Below are positions 21,815 through 32,040 of a stretch of 64,000 nucleotides of DNA, piece after piece. Position numbers and translations under genes: made by a program. Under the pieces are notes generated by a model. That model had not been told where the DNA came from, made no database searches, and was given only the letters and a program-made list of their open reading frames with translations. Source of the DNA: an uncultured Planctomycetaceae bacterium (GTDB lineage: Bacteria; Planctomycetota; Planctomycetia; Isosphaerales; Isosphaeraceae); assembly GCA_963833985.1 (NCBI GenBank), contig CAWIAD010000002.1, positions 5,152,001-5,216,000 of the forward strand, given 5' to 3'. How positions within the stretch are numbered: the first letter of the stretch is position 1; each line of letters opens with the position of its first letter.

Positions 21815-24100
21815 ATGCTCAGGCGACGACATCTCATTCCCTTGCTGGGATTGCTCACCTTCTTGAGTGCAGAGGAACAGGCCCTTGCCCAGCGTGGCAG
21901 GGGTGGAGCTCGGCCTGGAGGTGGTGGCGGGGGCATGGCTCGGCCTGGAGGCGGTGGCGGGGGCATGGCTCGGCCTGGGGGCGGTGGGATGACAAGACCC
22001 GCCATGCCCCAGAGCCGGCCGGCCATGGCGCGACCGTCCATGCCCCAGAACCGGCCCAATTCGGGCGGTATGACGAGACCTGCCATGCCTCAGAACCGGC
22101 CGAACACCGGTAACGTGCAACGGCCAACCTTGCCAAACTCTCCGGGAGGAGGCGGTGTTCCGAACCGTCCTGGACCGGGTGGCGGCGCCGGGCGGCCCAC
22201 GCCATTGCCCGGTCAACCCGGCGGTAACAGGCCCGGCGGCGGGGGCGGCCTTCCCGGAAATGGCGGCAACAGGCCCGGCGGTGGGGGCGGCCTTCCAGGA
22301 AATGGCGGCAACAGGCCCGGCGGTGGGGGCGGCCTTCCCGGAAATGGCGGCAACAGGCCCGGCGGTGGGGGCGGCCTTCCCGGAAATGGCGGTAACAGGC
22401 CCGGTATCGGCGGAAACTACCCCGGCAACGGTGGCAACCGGCCGGGAATCCCTGGCAACAGGCCGGGCGGTGGCAACGTCCCGGGCAACGGCGGGAACTG
22501 GGGCAACCGACCGCCTTGGGGGAACGGAAACAACTGGACCAACAACCGGCCCGGTGCTGGAAACGGTGGCAACCGGCCCGGTGTCGGGAACGGTGGCAAC
22601 TGGGGGATCGGCAACGGAGTCGGAAACGGCAGCGGCAACGGCAACTGGGGTATTGGCGGCGGTAACAACATCGGCAATACGGTCATCAACAACAATGGCG
22701 GCCGGGGCGGTGGCCGGTTCAACTCCGTTTCCAGCAACGTCGTTAATAATAATATCACCAATGTGAATGGGGGCTGGGGCGGCGGTTACCGTGGGGGCTG
22801 GGGCGGCGGATACCGTGGGGGCTGGGGCGGCGGTTACGGCTCGCCGTACTATGGCAACTGGTACCGCGGTGGCTGGGGCGGAAACGGGTTCTGGGCCGGA
22901 TTTGGCACCGGAGCACTGACCACCTTCGGTCTGGGCTCGCTCGGCTCCGTGCTCGGTTACGGAGGTTACGGCTATGGCTCTGGGTATGGTTACCCCGCTT
23001 ATTACTCCGGCTATGGCGTTTATGACTACTTCCCGACCTGGGGCATGAGCAACTATGCCGGCTGGGGACTCGGCTCGGTGGCCAGCAACTGGCTCTACAG
23101 CGGGTACACCAACCCGTACAACACTGTTGTTGTCGCGGCTCAGCCCGCCCAGACCACCGTGGTGTACGACTACTCGCAGCCGATCAACATCGCCGCATCC
23201 GCTCCGAATCCGGCCACGGAGTCCAGCACCGACCAGGTCTTTTCCGCGGCGCGTGACTCCTTCCAGGCGGGCGACTACCAGCGCGCTCTGGACTTGACCG
23301 ACCAGGTTCTCAAGGAGACACCGAACGTGCCCGTCGTGCACGAATTCCGTGCGCTCTGCCTGTTCGCGCTGAAACGGTATGATGAGGCCGCGTCGGTGAC
23401 CTATGCCGTGCTCTCGGCCGGACCTGGCTGGAACTGGTCCACCCTGGTCGGCCTCTACCCGGACGTCGACACCTACACGAACCAGCTTCGAGCTCTGGAA
23501 AGCCTGGTGAAAACGAACCCGAACGCACCCTCCACGCAGTTCTTGCTGGGCTACCACTATCTGGTGGAAGGGTACAAGGAAGCGGCCGCCAGCCAGTTCG
23601 AGAAGGTGACCCAGCTTCAGCCGGGCGATCAGCTCTCGGCATCGTTCGTCAAGGCATTCAAGAAAGCCTCGGAGCAGCCCGCGAGTCAGCCGGCCGCGCT
23701 CCATGTTGCCGCGGCCGGCCAGCCCGCAGCCCCCTCTGCTCCGGGACAGTCCAGTGCACCGGCCCCAGCGCCGCCGGCAACAGCGGAGCAGCCCGCCCAG
23801 CCCGAGCCTCCCCCACCTCCTCCGGCCAGTCTGGTCGGCACATGGAAATCTCAGCCTTCACCAGACGTCTCCATCGTCCTGACTCTTCAGGCCGATGGCC
23901 AGTTCGCCTGGGACGTGGACACCAAGGGGCAAAAGCAAACTTTGACCGGCCAGGCCGGCTACAGGGACAACACCCTGGCGCTCCTCCAGGAAGAGGGCCC
24001 GCCGTTGGTCGGCAAGATCACCGAGGAAGGCGGATCAAAGTTTGTCTTCACGCCAACCGGGGCAATGAAGGCCCCCGGGATCACCTTCACCAAGTCGTGA
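21815..24100 (+). CDS. Secreted Gly/Asn-rich low-complexity protein with TPR domain and C-terminal beta domain
   Basis: Signal peptide ending ALA; G/N/R/P repeats; G/W/Y-rich segment; TPR 'ARDSFQAGDYQRAL...HEFRALCLFAL'; Pro linker; 'LVGTWK' beta domain. Confidence 0.75.
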   Translation: MLRRRHLIPLLGLLTFLSAEEQALAQRGRGGARPGGGGGGMARPGGGGGGMARPGGGGMTRPAMPQSRPAMARPSMPQNRPNSGGMTRPAMPQNRPNTGNVQRPTLPNSPGGGGVPNRPGPGGGAGRPTPLPGQPGGNRPGGGGGLPGNGGNRPGGGGGLPGNGGNRPGGGGGLPGNGGNRPGGGGGLPGNGGNRPGIGGNYPGNGGNRPGIPGNRPGGGNVPGNGGNWGNRPPWGNGNNWTNNRPGAGNGGNRPGVGNGGNWGIGNGVGNGSGNGNWGIGGGNNIGNTVINNNGGRGGGRFNSVSSNVVNNNITNVNGGWGGGYRGGWGGGYRGGWGGGYGSPYYGNWYRGGWGGNGFWAGFGTGALTTFGLGSLGSVLGYGGYGYGSGYGYPAYYSGYGVYDYFPTWGMSNYAGWGLGSVASNWLYSGYTNPYNTVVVAAQPAQTTVVYDYSQPINIAASAPNPATESSTDQVFSAARDSFQAGDYQRALDLTDQVLKETPNVPVVHEFRALCLFALKRYDEAASVTYAVLSAGPGWNWSTLVGLYPDVDTYTNQLRALESLVKTNPNAPSTQFLLGYHYLVEGYKEAAASQFEKVTQLQPGDQLSASFVKAFKKASEQPASQPAALHVAAAGQPAAPSAPGQSSAPAPAPPATAEQPAQPEPPPPPPASLVGTWKSQPSPDVSIVLTLQADGQFAWDVDTKGQKQTLTGQAGYRDNTLALLQEEGPPLVGKITEEGGSKFVFTPTGAMKAPGITFTKS
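21908..21991 (+). repeat. 30-bp tandem repeat (ARPGGGGGGM) x about 2.8
   Basis: gctcggcctggaggYggtggcgggggcatg repeated. Confidence 0.85.
22223..22404 (+). repeat. 42-bp tandem repeat (GNRPGGGGGLPGNG) x about 4.3
   Basis: Near-identical units ggYaacaggcccggcggYgggggcggccttccMggaaatggc. Confidence 0.9.
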
Positions 24101-24145
24101 CGGTCTGGCCTTCGCGTCTGCCACAGGGCCCGCCGGTGGCTCGAT

Positions 24146-25057
24146 TTACTTCGATGCCGCCGGCGGCAGGATCTGCCGGTCCCGCAGCCAGTCCGCACAG
24201 CGATCGGGCCACGTGCAGGAGGGATGGGCGCTGGGGCGAAGGCCGAAGCCGTGGCCTCCCGAGGCGTAGATGTGCAGTTCCGCGGGAACCTTGGCGCCCT
24301 TGAGTGCCAGGAACATCTCCACGCTGTTCTTGCAGCTCACGGGATCGTCGGCGGCGTGGGCGAGGAACATCGGAGGCGTCGTAGAGGATACATGGTTGAT
24401 CGGGCTGGATGTGTCGCCCTTTCGATCCATGCCGCCAGGGTAGACCAGTACCGCGAAGTCGGGACGGCAGCTCACCTTGTCCACGTCGTCACTCGCCGCG
24501 TAGACGCGGTCGTCACTGTGTGTGGCCGCCCAGGCGCTGAGGTGCCCGCCGGCCGAGAAGCCGAGGATGCCGATCCGTTTCGGATCAATGCCCCATGCGC
24601 TGGCGTTGCTCCGCACCAGGCTGAGCGCGCGCTGGGCGTCCATCAGGGCCTGGATCGGAGGCTGTTCGCGCGGAGTGCCCTCGCGCCGGGGCACGCGGTA
24701 CTTGAGCACAACACCCGTCACACCGATCGAGTTCAGCCAGGCCGCGACCTCCTCGCCCTCCAGGTCGAACGCGAGAATGTTGTAACCGCCGCCCGGGCAG
24801 ATCACCACGGCCACGCCGCTGTCCTTCTCACGCGCCGGCCGGAACACCGAGAGCGTCGGGTGCGTGATGTTCGTCAGTATCTTGATTGGCTTGTCACCGG
24901 GTTTCTGTTCGACAACCTTCTCGGCGCCCATCGAGCCGGTCTCGCCGGGCGGATTGCCGGGCCACACATCCAGTGTCAGCGCCGGCTCGTTCGCTGTGGC
25001 TGTGATCGCCCATCCAATGCAGAGCAATGTGGCGGCAAGGCGTAAGCATGTTCGCAT
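24146..25057 (-). CDS. Secreted alpha/beta hydrolase (acetyl-xylan/feruloyl esterase-like)
   Basis: PGGGY oxyanion loop, GFSAGG nucleophile, 'DDPV', 'GGHGFG'. Confidence 0.85.
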   Translation of the reverse strand: MRTCLRLAATLLCIGWAITATANEPALTLDVWPGNPPGETGSMGAEKVVEQKPGDKPIKILTNITHPTLSVFRPAREKDSGVAVVICPGGGYNILAFDLEGEEVAAWLNSIGVTGVVLKYRVPRREGTPREQPPIQALMDAQRALSLVRSNASAWGIDPKRIGILGFSAGGHLSAWAATHSDDRVYAASDDVDKVSCRPDFAVLVYPGGMDRKGDTSSPINHVSSTTPPMFLAHAADDPVSCKNSVEMFLALKGAKVPAELHIYASGGHGFGLRPSAHPSCTWPDRCADWLRDRQILPPAASK

Positions 25058-25175
25058 TATTCCAGGTCCTTTCCAGGAGGCCGCAAGAGTGATGACGGAT
25101 GGCAACGTCAAGAAGTCGATGCCATGCCTGATGATCTTACGCCCGCCATTCCCCATCTGCCATTGTTGATTTATC

Positions 25176-28100
25176 TCATGGGCGCGCAGGTGTGGGGCGC
25201 TCGGCGTTGACTGAGGCCGTGGTGTTTCCAAGCATGTGAATGGTGTTATGAATGGCGCCGTCCACGGGCTGGCCCCCCTTGCCGCGGATGTGATACGTGA
25301 TCTCCATGCAGCGTGTCGGCTGGATGTCTGGGATCTTCAGGAAGACGGTCTGCCTGTCGGCCGACAGGCTAGCCCCCGCAACCTTGAGCGGCCGCTCGTC
25401 ATGATGGTCCGAGCCGTACTCGACGGTTCGCTTGATCGTCCAGATCCGGGCCGTATAACGCGCGGCGTCGCTGGCCGTCTCGGTGTCCAGCGGCTCCGTG
25501 AAGCAGAGACGCAGACCGTCCTTGCAGGCGCTCAGCCCAACGGGCAGGAACATGGGCTTGCCGGTGGCACGCACGCGATAGAAACCGCCGGGCTCTGTCT
25601 GGTCGCCCGCCCACCCAAAAAGGCCGCATGTGTAGAGCTCACCATTCCCCGGGTGAAATCGCCCGCGCATCACGCCAGTGGGGAACCGTGGCAAGGGCAG
25701 GGCGCACTCTCCCCCCTGCATCTGTCCCGCGACGATCTCGTGCGGCACCACGAAGATCTTACCGTAACCGTATGAGAGGCAAAGGAGCCGACCGGCCAGC
25801 GGATTCCAGGCCGGGTTCCGGGTCTCGACCCAGAGCAGCTCAGCCGGGGAACGGTCAAAGGCGTTGGTGATCCAGCAGACGGGCTGCTCCATGGCCGAGT
25901 CGGCAGTGTCGGTCACATCCGTGAAACCCCACATGTTCCCGTAAAAGCCGTTGCGTTTCACCCAGTTGATCCGGTTCTTGGGGGTCCAGAATCCTTCCTG
26001 GTCGGAAAGGAAGAACGTGCCGTCGCGGTTCAGGCAAACGCCATTCGGTGCGCGGAATCCTGTGGCCAGGATCTCCGTACGGGAGCCGTCCTTGCTCACC
26101 TTCAGCAGCGTGCCATGGTGCGGCACCAGCGCGGGCAAACCGTGACGTGCGGCCCTGGCATAGTAAAAGTTGCCCTCCGCGTCGGTTTGCAAATCCATGG
26201 CGAATTCATGGAAATGCTCGGTCACCTGGTGATCGTTATTGAAATTTTCATAGAAATCAGTTTCCCCGTCATCGTTCAGGTCACGCAGCCGGACGATCTG
26301 GTCGCGACAGCAAACGTAAATGGCTTCGTCAACGACCTTCAGCCCCAATGGCTGGAACAAACCCGAGGCGATGCGCCGCCAGGTGAGTCCCTTTTCCGGG
26401 CGATCAATTCCATCGGCCAGCCAGACGTCGCCGTCCCATGTGCAGACCGCGGCGCAGCGCCGCGCTCGAAAAAGTCGAACCCGGAAAGCCGCAACTGGCA
26501 GAGCCACGGGTTGCTGCTGGGCACTGGCAGCAGGTCGACGGCGAACGGCCCGTCATCGCGGCCGATCACGGCCTTTGCCGGCAAGCGCTCGGGCCAGCGC
26601 GGGACCGCCATGGGTGAAGCGCGACAGGTCCTCGGCCGGCGCTGATTGACGCGCCAGCTGCGCCAGGTGCAGAGGCTCTCCGCTCGAGAGCAACAGCTTG
26701 AGCTTCAGCGGGGTGGCGGCAGCCGGGATCTCGAGCTCCCGCCAACCCTCGTCATAGGTCAAGCGGGCCCCGCCGCGGGCCGCTGCCTCATCCACCGCGA
26801 CAGCCGTTCTTTCGGAGGCCGCACGCAACCTGAGCGGGTGCGGCGAGCGACCGATGTTCAGAGTCCGTGTGAAGACAGCCGGCGCACAGGCCGCAAAGCC
26901 TGCTCGATTCCGGGCGATTCGAGAATCTCCGCCTGGCCGACCGTGTAGTCCAGGACCATCCGCCCGGCATGCTGGTAGAGCCCCCGGTAATGGACCCAGG
27001 CACGCGGCAACGGGCCATAGCTGCGTCCGTCGCGGCCGCGTAGGCGGAGATCGTCAAAGCGGCCGTCCTTCGGGTTTGCCCAGGCCGGCACATCCGGATT
27101 GGAGAACTCGACCTTGCCGGTGATCCGAGGGTGTACCTGGTGCACGCCATTGAAGTTAATGCCGTTCCAGTCGATGAAGCCCTGTCCCGTCCATGCGGCC
27201 GCGAAACGCATCGTGTCCTGGTTGTAGACCACCCAGGCATGCCCGCGCGAGATGCCGCCGGGCCCGGGATCGACCCGCAACGCGATTCCCTTGTTCGCGA
27301 TGTTCGAGCCGTCCCCCGCGCTGATCTCGTAAGTGGCCATCAAGCTGGGCCCGTAATCCATGGTCATCCATGGCTGGATCTCGACCGGATCGGCGCCCCG
27401 GCTTGTTCCCTTCGGCAGCCGTGCGAGGTAAACCGGATCGACGCTCGTGAACTGGCCGGGATTGTAAGGCTTGAGGAAGGCCTCGCGAATGTAATGGATC
27501 ACGTCATACTTCTGCCTGGGAACCATCCAGGTCTGCGGCGTCATCTGGCCGAAGCCGAGCGTGAGCGTGCGGTACATGCTGAACGGGTCCGAACCATTCT
27601 TGAAGATGCCCGTGGCGAAGCGCAGCGAGGTCGGCAATGAGCCGAGCCGGTCTTTTGTCCCATGGCAGTTCGCGCAGACGCGGTTGTAAATGGCCTCGCC
27701 GCGTGCGCTGCTGCGCGCATCCAGGCCGCTGATGAGGCCGGCATGGTCGATCTCGCGTTCCGACTCCGGCAAGGGTGCGACGGCCACGAGCGATGGATCA
27801 GGCTGCAACTCTTTCGCCCGGGCCGGTCCCTTCTCGGCGATCTCCATCACGTACCGCACCAGGTCGAGGAATTGCTGCCGCGAGCTCAGGTTATTCGCCA
27901 GACCCATGGGCATGATCGAGACGCCACCGTCCTTCCGCTCGTCGATCTGTCTCCTGGGAACGGTGACCATTTTCCCATCCTGGGCGGGGTCGCGAAGCAC
28001 GACCGCATCGGTCCGATCCTCGGCAAGCAATCCCGTGAGAGTCCGGCCGTCCTCGAGGCTGATCGTGACGGTCTCGAAACCCTTCTTGATCGTTCTGGAT

Positions 28101-28389
28101 GGTTCGAGGATCGACTCGACGATGTAAGCATCAGTCACATCCTTGCTCGCTGTCGCCAGATCCGGACCAAGCGCAGGAGCACCGCTCGCGCTCGTATGGC
28201 ACTTCGTGCAGGTCAGCGAGGGCTGATAAAACAGGGCGGCGCCGCGTCGAGCCTCGCCCAGCTTGCGGGCGTCGCGCGCAGCGCCGCGGGATCTTCACTG
28301 CGCAGCCTGGCGTCGAGCGCACCGGCTGCCAGATCCCCGGATGCCTGCGCCGCCAGCACCAGGCCCATCGCGATCTCAAGAAAACTCAC
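25176..28389 (-). CDS. Large c-type heme protein with beta-propeller dehydrogenase-like C-terminus (DUF6797-like); several frameshifts
   Basis: GTG start with GGGGAG RBS; CTKCH near 28200 and CANCH; 'ESILEPS...GF', 'SIMPMGL'; propeller segment 'GFRAPNG...SDQEGFWTP'. Assembled from ORFs 26858-28138, 26553-26828 and 25176-26507. Confidence 0.7.
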
Positions 28390-28581
28390 GGTCTGGTCTC
28401 CCCGGCTCTCCGCCACACGCGGTCGAATTCTCGCCAGGTGCCATTCTACAGGCTCGGGAATCGCCTGTCTCAAGGAACCGAATTCCGCGCCCATCGTGGA
28501 AAATGGAAGAAAGTTGCAGCATTCCCGCCTTCCTGGGGAAACTACCTGGAGATGATGACCGGGTCTGCGGGAGACGTTGGG

Positions 28582-31500
28582 ATGGCGAGCGCACCGATCA
28601 GCGATGTCTGCACGCATCTTGAGACGCTCTTTGACCACGGGGTCCTGGGCAGTCTGCCGGATGGCCAGTTGCTGGATCGTTTCATCCGGAGTGAGGACAC
28701 GCAGGCCGAAGCGGCGTTCACGGCCCTGGTGCTGCGTCATGGTCCGATGGTGACACGCGTCTGCCTGGGCGTTCTGGGTGATCTTAACGATGCCGAGGAT
28801 GCCGCCCAGGCGGTGTTCCTCGTGCTGGCACGCCGCGCCTCTGCGGTTCGCCGGCACGAGTCGGCGGCAAGCTGGCTCTACGGCGTCGCCCGGCGGATCG
28901 CGGCCCGGGCACGGCGCGACGCCGCCCGGCGGCGCAAGCACGAAATGCGGAGGGCCGAGATGGCGCGGCAAAGCATCGAAGATCAAGACTCCAGCCTGAG
29001 CTGTGACGAGATCCATCAAGAGATCGACAGGCTGCCGGCCATTTACAGGGCGCCCCTGCTGCTCTGCCATCTGGAAGGCCTGTCGCACGAACAGGCTGCC
29101 GGCCAGCTTGGCTGCCCGCTCCGGACGCTCCAGAGCCGGTTGCTCAGGGCGCGGGCACGGCTGCGCGAGCGGCTCATACGGCGGGGCGTCCGTCTGCCGG
29201 CGGTTTTCCCGCCCTTGCTGAAACCGGTGACACTGCCGCGCGCCTGGATCGAGGCCACGGCGCGATCCGCCAGGCCGTTTGCCCTGTGCGAACCCGCCTC
29301 GCCAAGCGCGCTGGCGGCTTCGCGAGCGGCTGTCGCTCTCGCCCAGAGAGCCCTCCGTTCCGCGCTGATCGCGCCGCTGCTGGCGTCCGCCTCGATCGTT
29401 TGCGCCGCGGCGTGCACCCTGGTGCTGGCGGTGATACTTGCGCGTGGCGGACTGGCCGCCAGCTCAGCGACCGCCCAGGCCCCAGCTCCCTTGAATCTCG
29501 TGCCACTCCCGCCCCCCCGCGAAGATGACCCGGAAAATCGCGTGCTCGAGATTCAGATTGTGGACCGGCAATCCAGGGCGCCGGTGGATGGAGTGGCGAT
29601 CACCGTCGAAACGGACACCGGCGCGAGACGGCCTCGGAGGCGATGTGCGATTGCTGACGCGAGACACGACAGACAGAGAAGGGAAATGCCGCATCGCGTT
29701 CCCGCAGGTCTTGCCCAGGCGCGCCTACATCACGGCACGGAAAGCGGGCTACGCCGTCCGCGCTTACTCGCCCTTGCAAGAGACGGGCGGCCGTGCCCTG
29801 CCGCGGGCTCATACGATGGAACTGGAGCACGGAGTGACGATCGGCGGCATCGTGAAGCGCCGGGACGGTCGTCCCATTCCCGGAGCTACCGTCACCATCA
29901 TGGCCCGCGCCGGTGCCGATGCCTCGCCGGATTACAGCTATGTGGATTATGAGAACGTCACGACCGACGCCAGCGGCCACTGGATCTTCGGTGCCATGCC
30001 CCTGGGCTGGAGCTTCGTTTCTGTAAGCGTCAGTCACCCCGACTACGTCGCCACGTTCATGCAGCGCGACACGCCCAGGCTGAGCGACTTCGACCTCAAG
30101 GCGCGCAAGGCGCAGATCATCCTCGACGAGGGAGTCGCACTCTCCGGCCGCGTGCTGGACGATCAGGGACGGCCCATCGCCGGAGCAACCGTGGGTCTCG
30201 GGGCCGACCGCCGGATCGGCAATCGCGGATGGCCCAGCGTGACCACCGATGCCGACGGCGGGTTCCGGTTCGGTCACGTGCCTGCCGGCACACAGACCGT
30301 GACGGCCATGGCGCCGGGCCGCGCCCGGAGCTGGCCGATGTGGTTGCCGCGGCGAACAGGAAGCCCGTGGAGTTTCGACTCGGGGCCAGCCATACCCTGC
30401 GCGGGCGCGTCGTCGACCGTGACGGCAAGCCGCTAGAAGGCGTGACCGTCCAGGCCATGAACTGGCGGGGGCACATGTCACTCGACTGGACCACGAAATC
30501 CGATGCGGAGGGACGTTTTGTCTGGGACTCGGCGCCGTGGGATCTCATTCTTTGCACCCTGACGAAGCCCGGCTTCGTCATGGCCGGCCAGCGCGAATTC
30601 CGGGCGGGACCGAATGAGATGCTGGTGACCATGTATCCCCCATTGCGAGTCCGCGGCAAGGTCGTGGACGCGAAATCAGGACAACCCATTCCGCGATTCA
30701 CGGTGGTGGACGGCAATTACTACCGATTCTCCAACCGGGATGGAAAGCTCGGTCAGGTCAACTGGGATCGGGGTGGAATGGTACGGAACTTCACCAAGGG
30801 TCATTACGAGGCCGAGTATGCACACCCGCTGGTCGCTGCGGTTGCCGTGCGTATCGAAGCCGAAGGCTACCTGCCGGCGACCTCCGAACCGTTCAAGATG
30901 GAAGCCGGTGATGTGAGCTTCGACGTGAAGCTGGAGCGGGGCTCCGGTCCCTCCGGCGTGGTTCGCGGTCCCGATGGCCGGCCCCTGGCCGGCGCCACGG
31001 TCGTGCTCTCTACCCGGTCGCTGCGTGCCCAGCTTTACAATGGCAAGTTCCATGAGACGGGTTATCCACAGGTGATCACGGGCCGTGACGGACAGTTCAG
31101 CTTTCCCGCCCAGACCGAGCCTTACCGCCTCTTTACCTATCACGAAAAAGGCTTCGCGGAAGCGGACCAGAAAACGTTCATGGAATTGCCCGACCTCACG
31201 CTCCATTCCTGGGGACGGGTGGAGGGGACCGTGAAGATCGGTGCGCGGCCGGCCGCGGGGGTCCAGGTGAGGCTGAACGAAATTGACGGCGGAGGCCCTG
31301 CCGACGTGGCCCTGCCGATCACCCAGGCTCAGCAGCAAAGCTCCGATTCCCGCGGGCACTACGCCTTCGAACACGTGATTCCCGCCGAGCTTTCGGTGAG
31401 CCGGCTCTTCACGCTTGATCGGTCGGTCCACCACGTTGGTACGGGCGAGTGGCGGGCGATCAAGGTTGAGCCGGACAGGACGACGTACGTGGATCTGGGT

Positions 31501-31941
31501 GGGACAGGACGGCCGGTCATCGGCAGGTTCGTTCTTCCTCCGGGCATCAAAGCCGGCGCGGTGTTTCCTTACTTCTTCCAGACGCTGACCAGGATCCTGC
31601 CCGATCCGCCGTACCCCGAAGGTCTGAGCGAGCAGGATCGCCAGGCCTGGCTGGTGCAATGGACGACAAGCGACGCGGGCAAGACTTATGAGCGGTCCAG
31701 GCGAACCTACGACACGAACGTTCGTGCCGACGGCCTCTTCCGTGTCGAAGATGTTCCCGCGGGCAAGTACGAGATTCAGGCCGTGGTTCACGAACCTGGA
31801 GACGGCATCCCCGGCAACTACGGTCCCATGCTGGCAAAGATCTCCAGGGAGATCACCGTGCCGGAGATGCCTGGAGGCCGCTCCGACGAGCCGCTGGATC
31901 TCGGCAGGATCGAGCTTGAGCCTGTCAAACCCGGCCGTTAA
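28582..31941 (+). CDS. ECF sigma-70 factor with TM helix and repeated carboxypeptidase-regulatory-like beta domains; frameshifts near 29630 and 30322
   Basis: 'DGQLLDRF...AFTALVLRHGPMV...DAEDAAQAVFLVLARRA...WLYGVARR', region 4 'AAGQLGCPLRTLQSRL'; repeated 'GRVLD..GRPIAGATV...TDADG.F' units in ORFs 29525-30436 and 30229-31941. Confidence 0.8.
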
Positions 31942-31961
31942 GCCCGGATGACGGACCGAGT

Positions 31962-31998
31962 CCGGGAGCCTCCGGGTTGACTCGCCGGAAGCTCTCGG
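31962..31998. terminator. Hairpin between convergent genes, possible bidirectional terminator
   Basis: ccgggagcctccgg ... ccggaagctctcgg. Confidence 0.4.
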
Positions 31999-32040
31999 CC
32001 CACGAATTCACATCTGCGGACGGTCAAAAAGGTCCGTTTT

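Noticed and set aside
22223..22404. Regular 42-bp repeats as a CRISPR array
   Set aside because: No unique spacers; the repeats are in-frame coding units; no cas genes.
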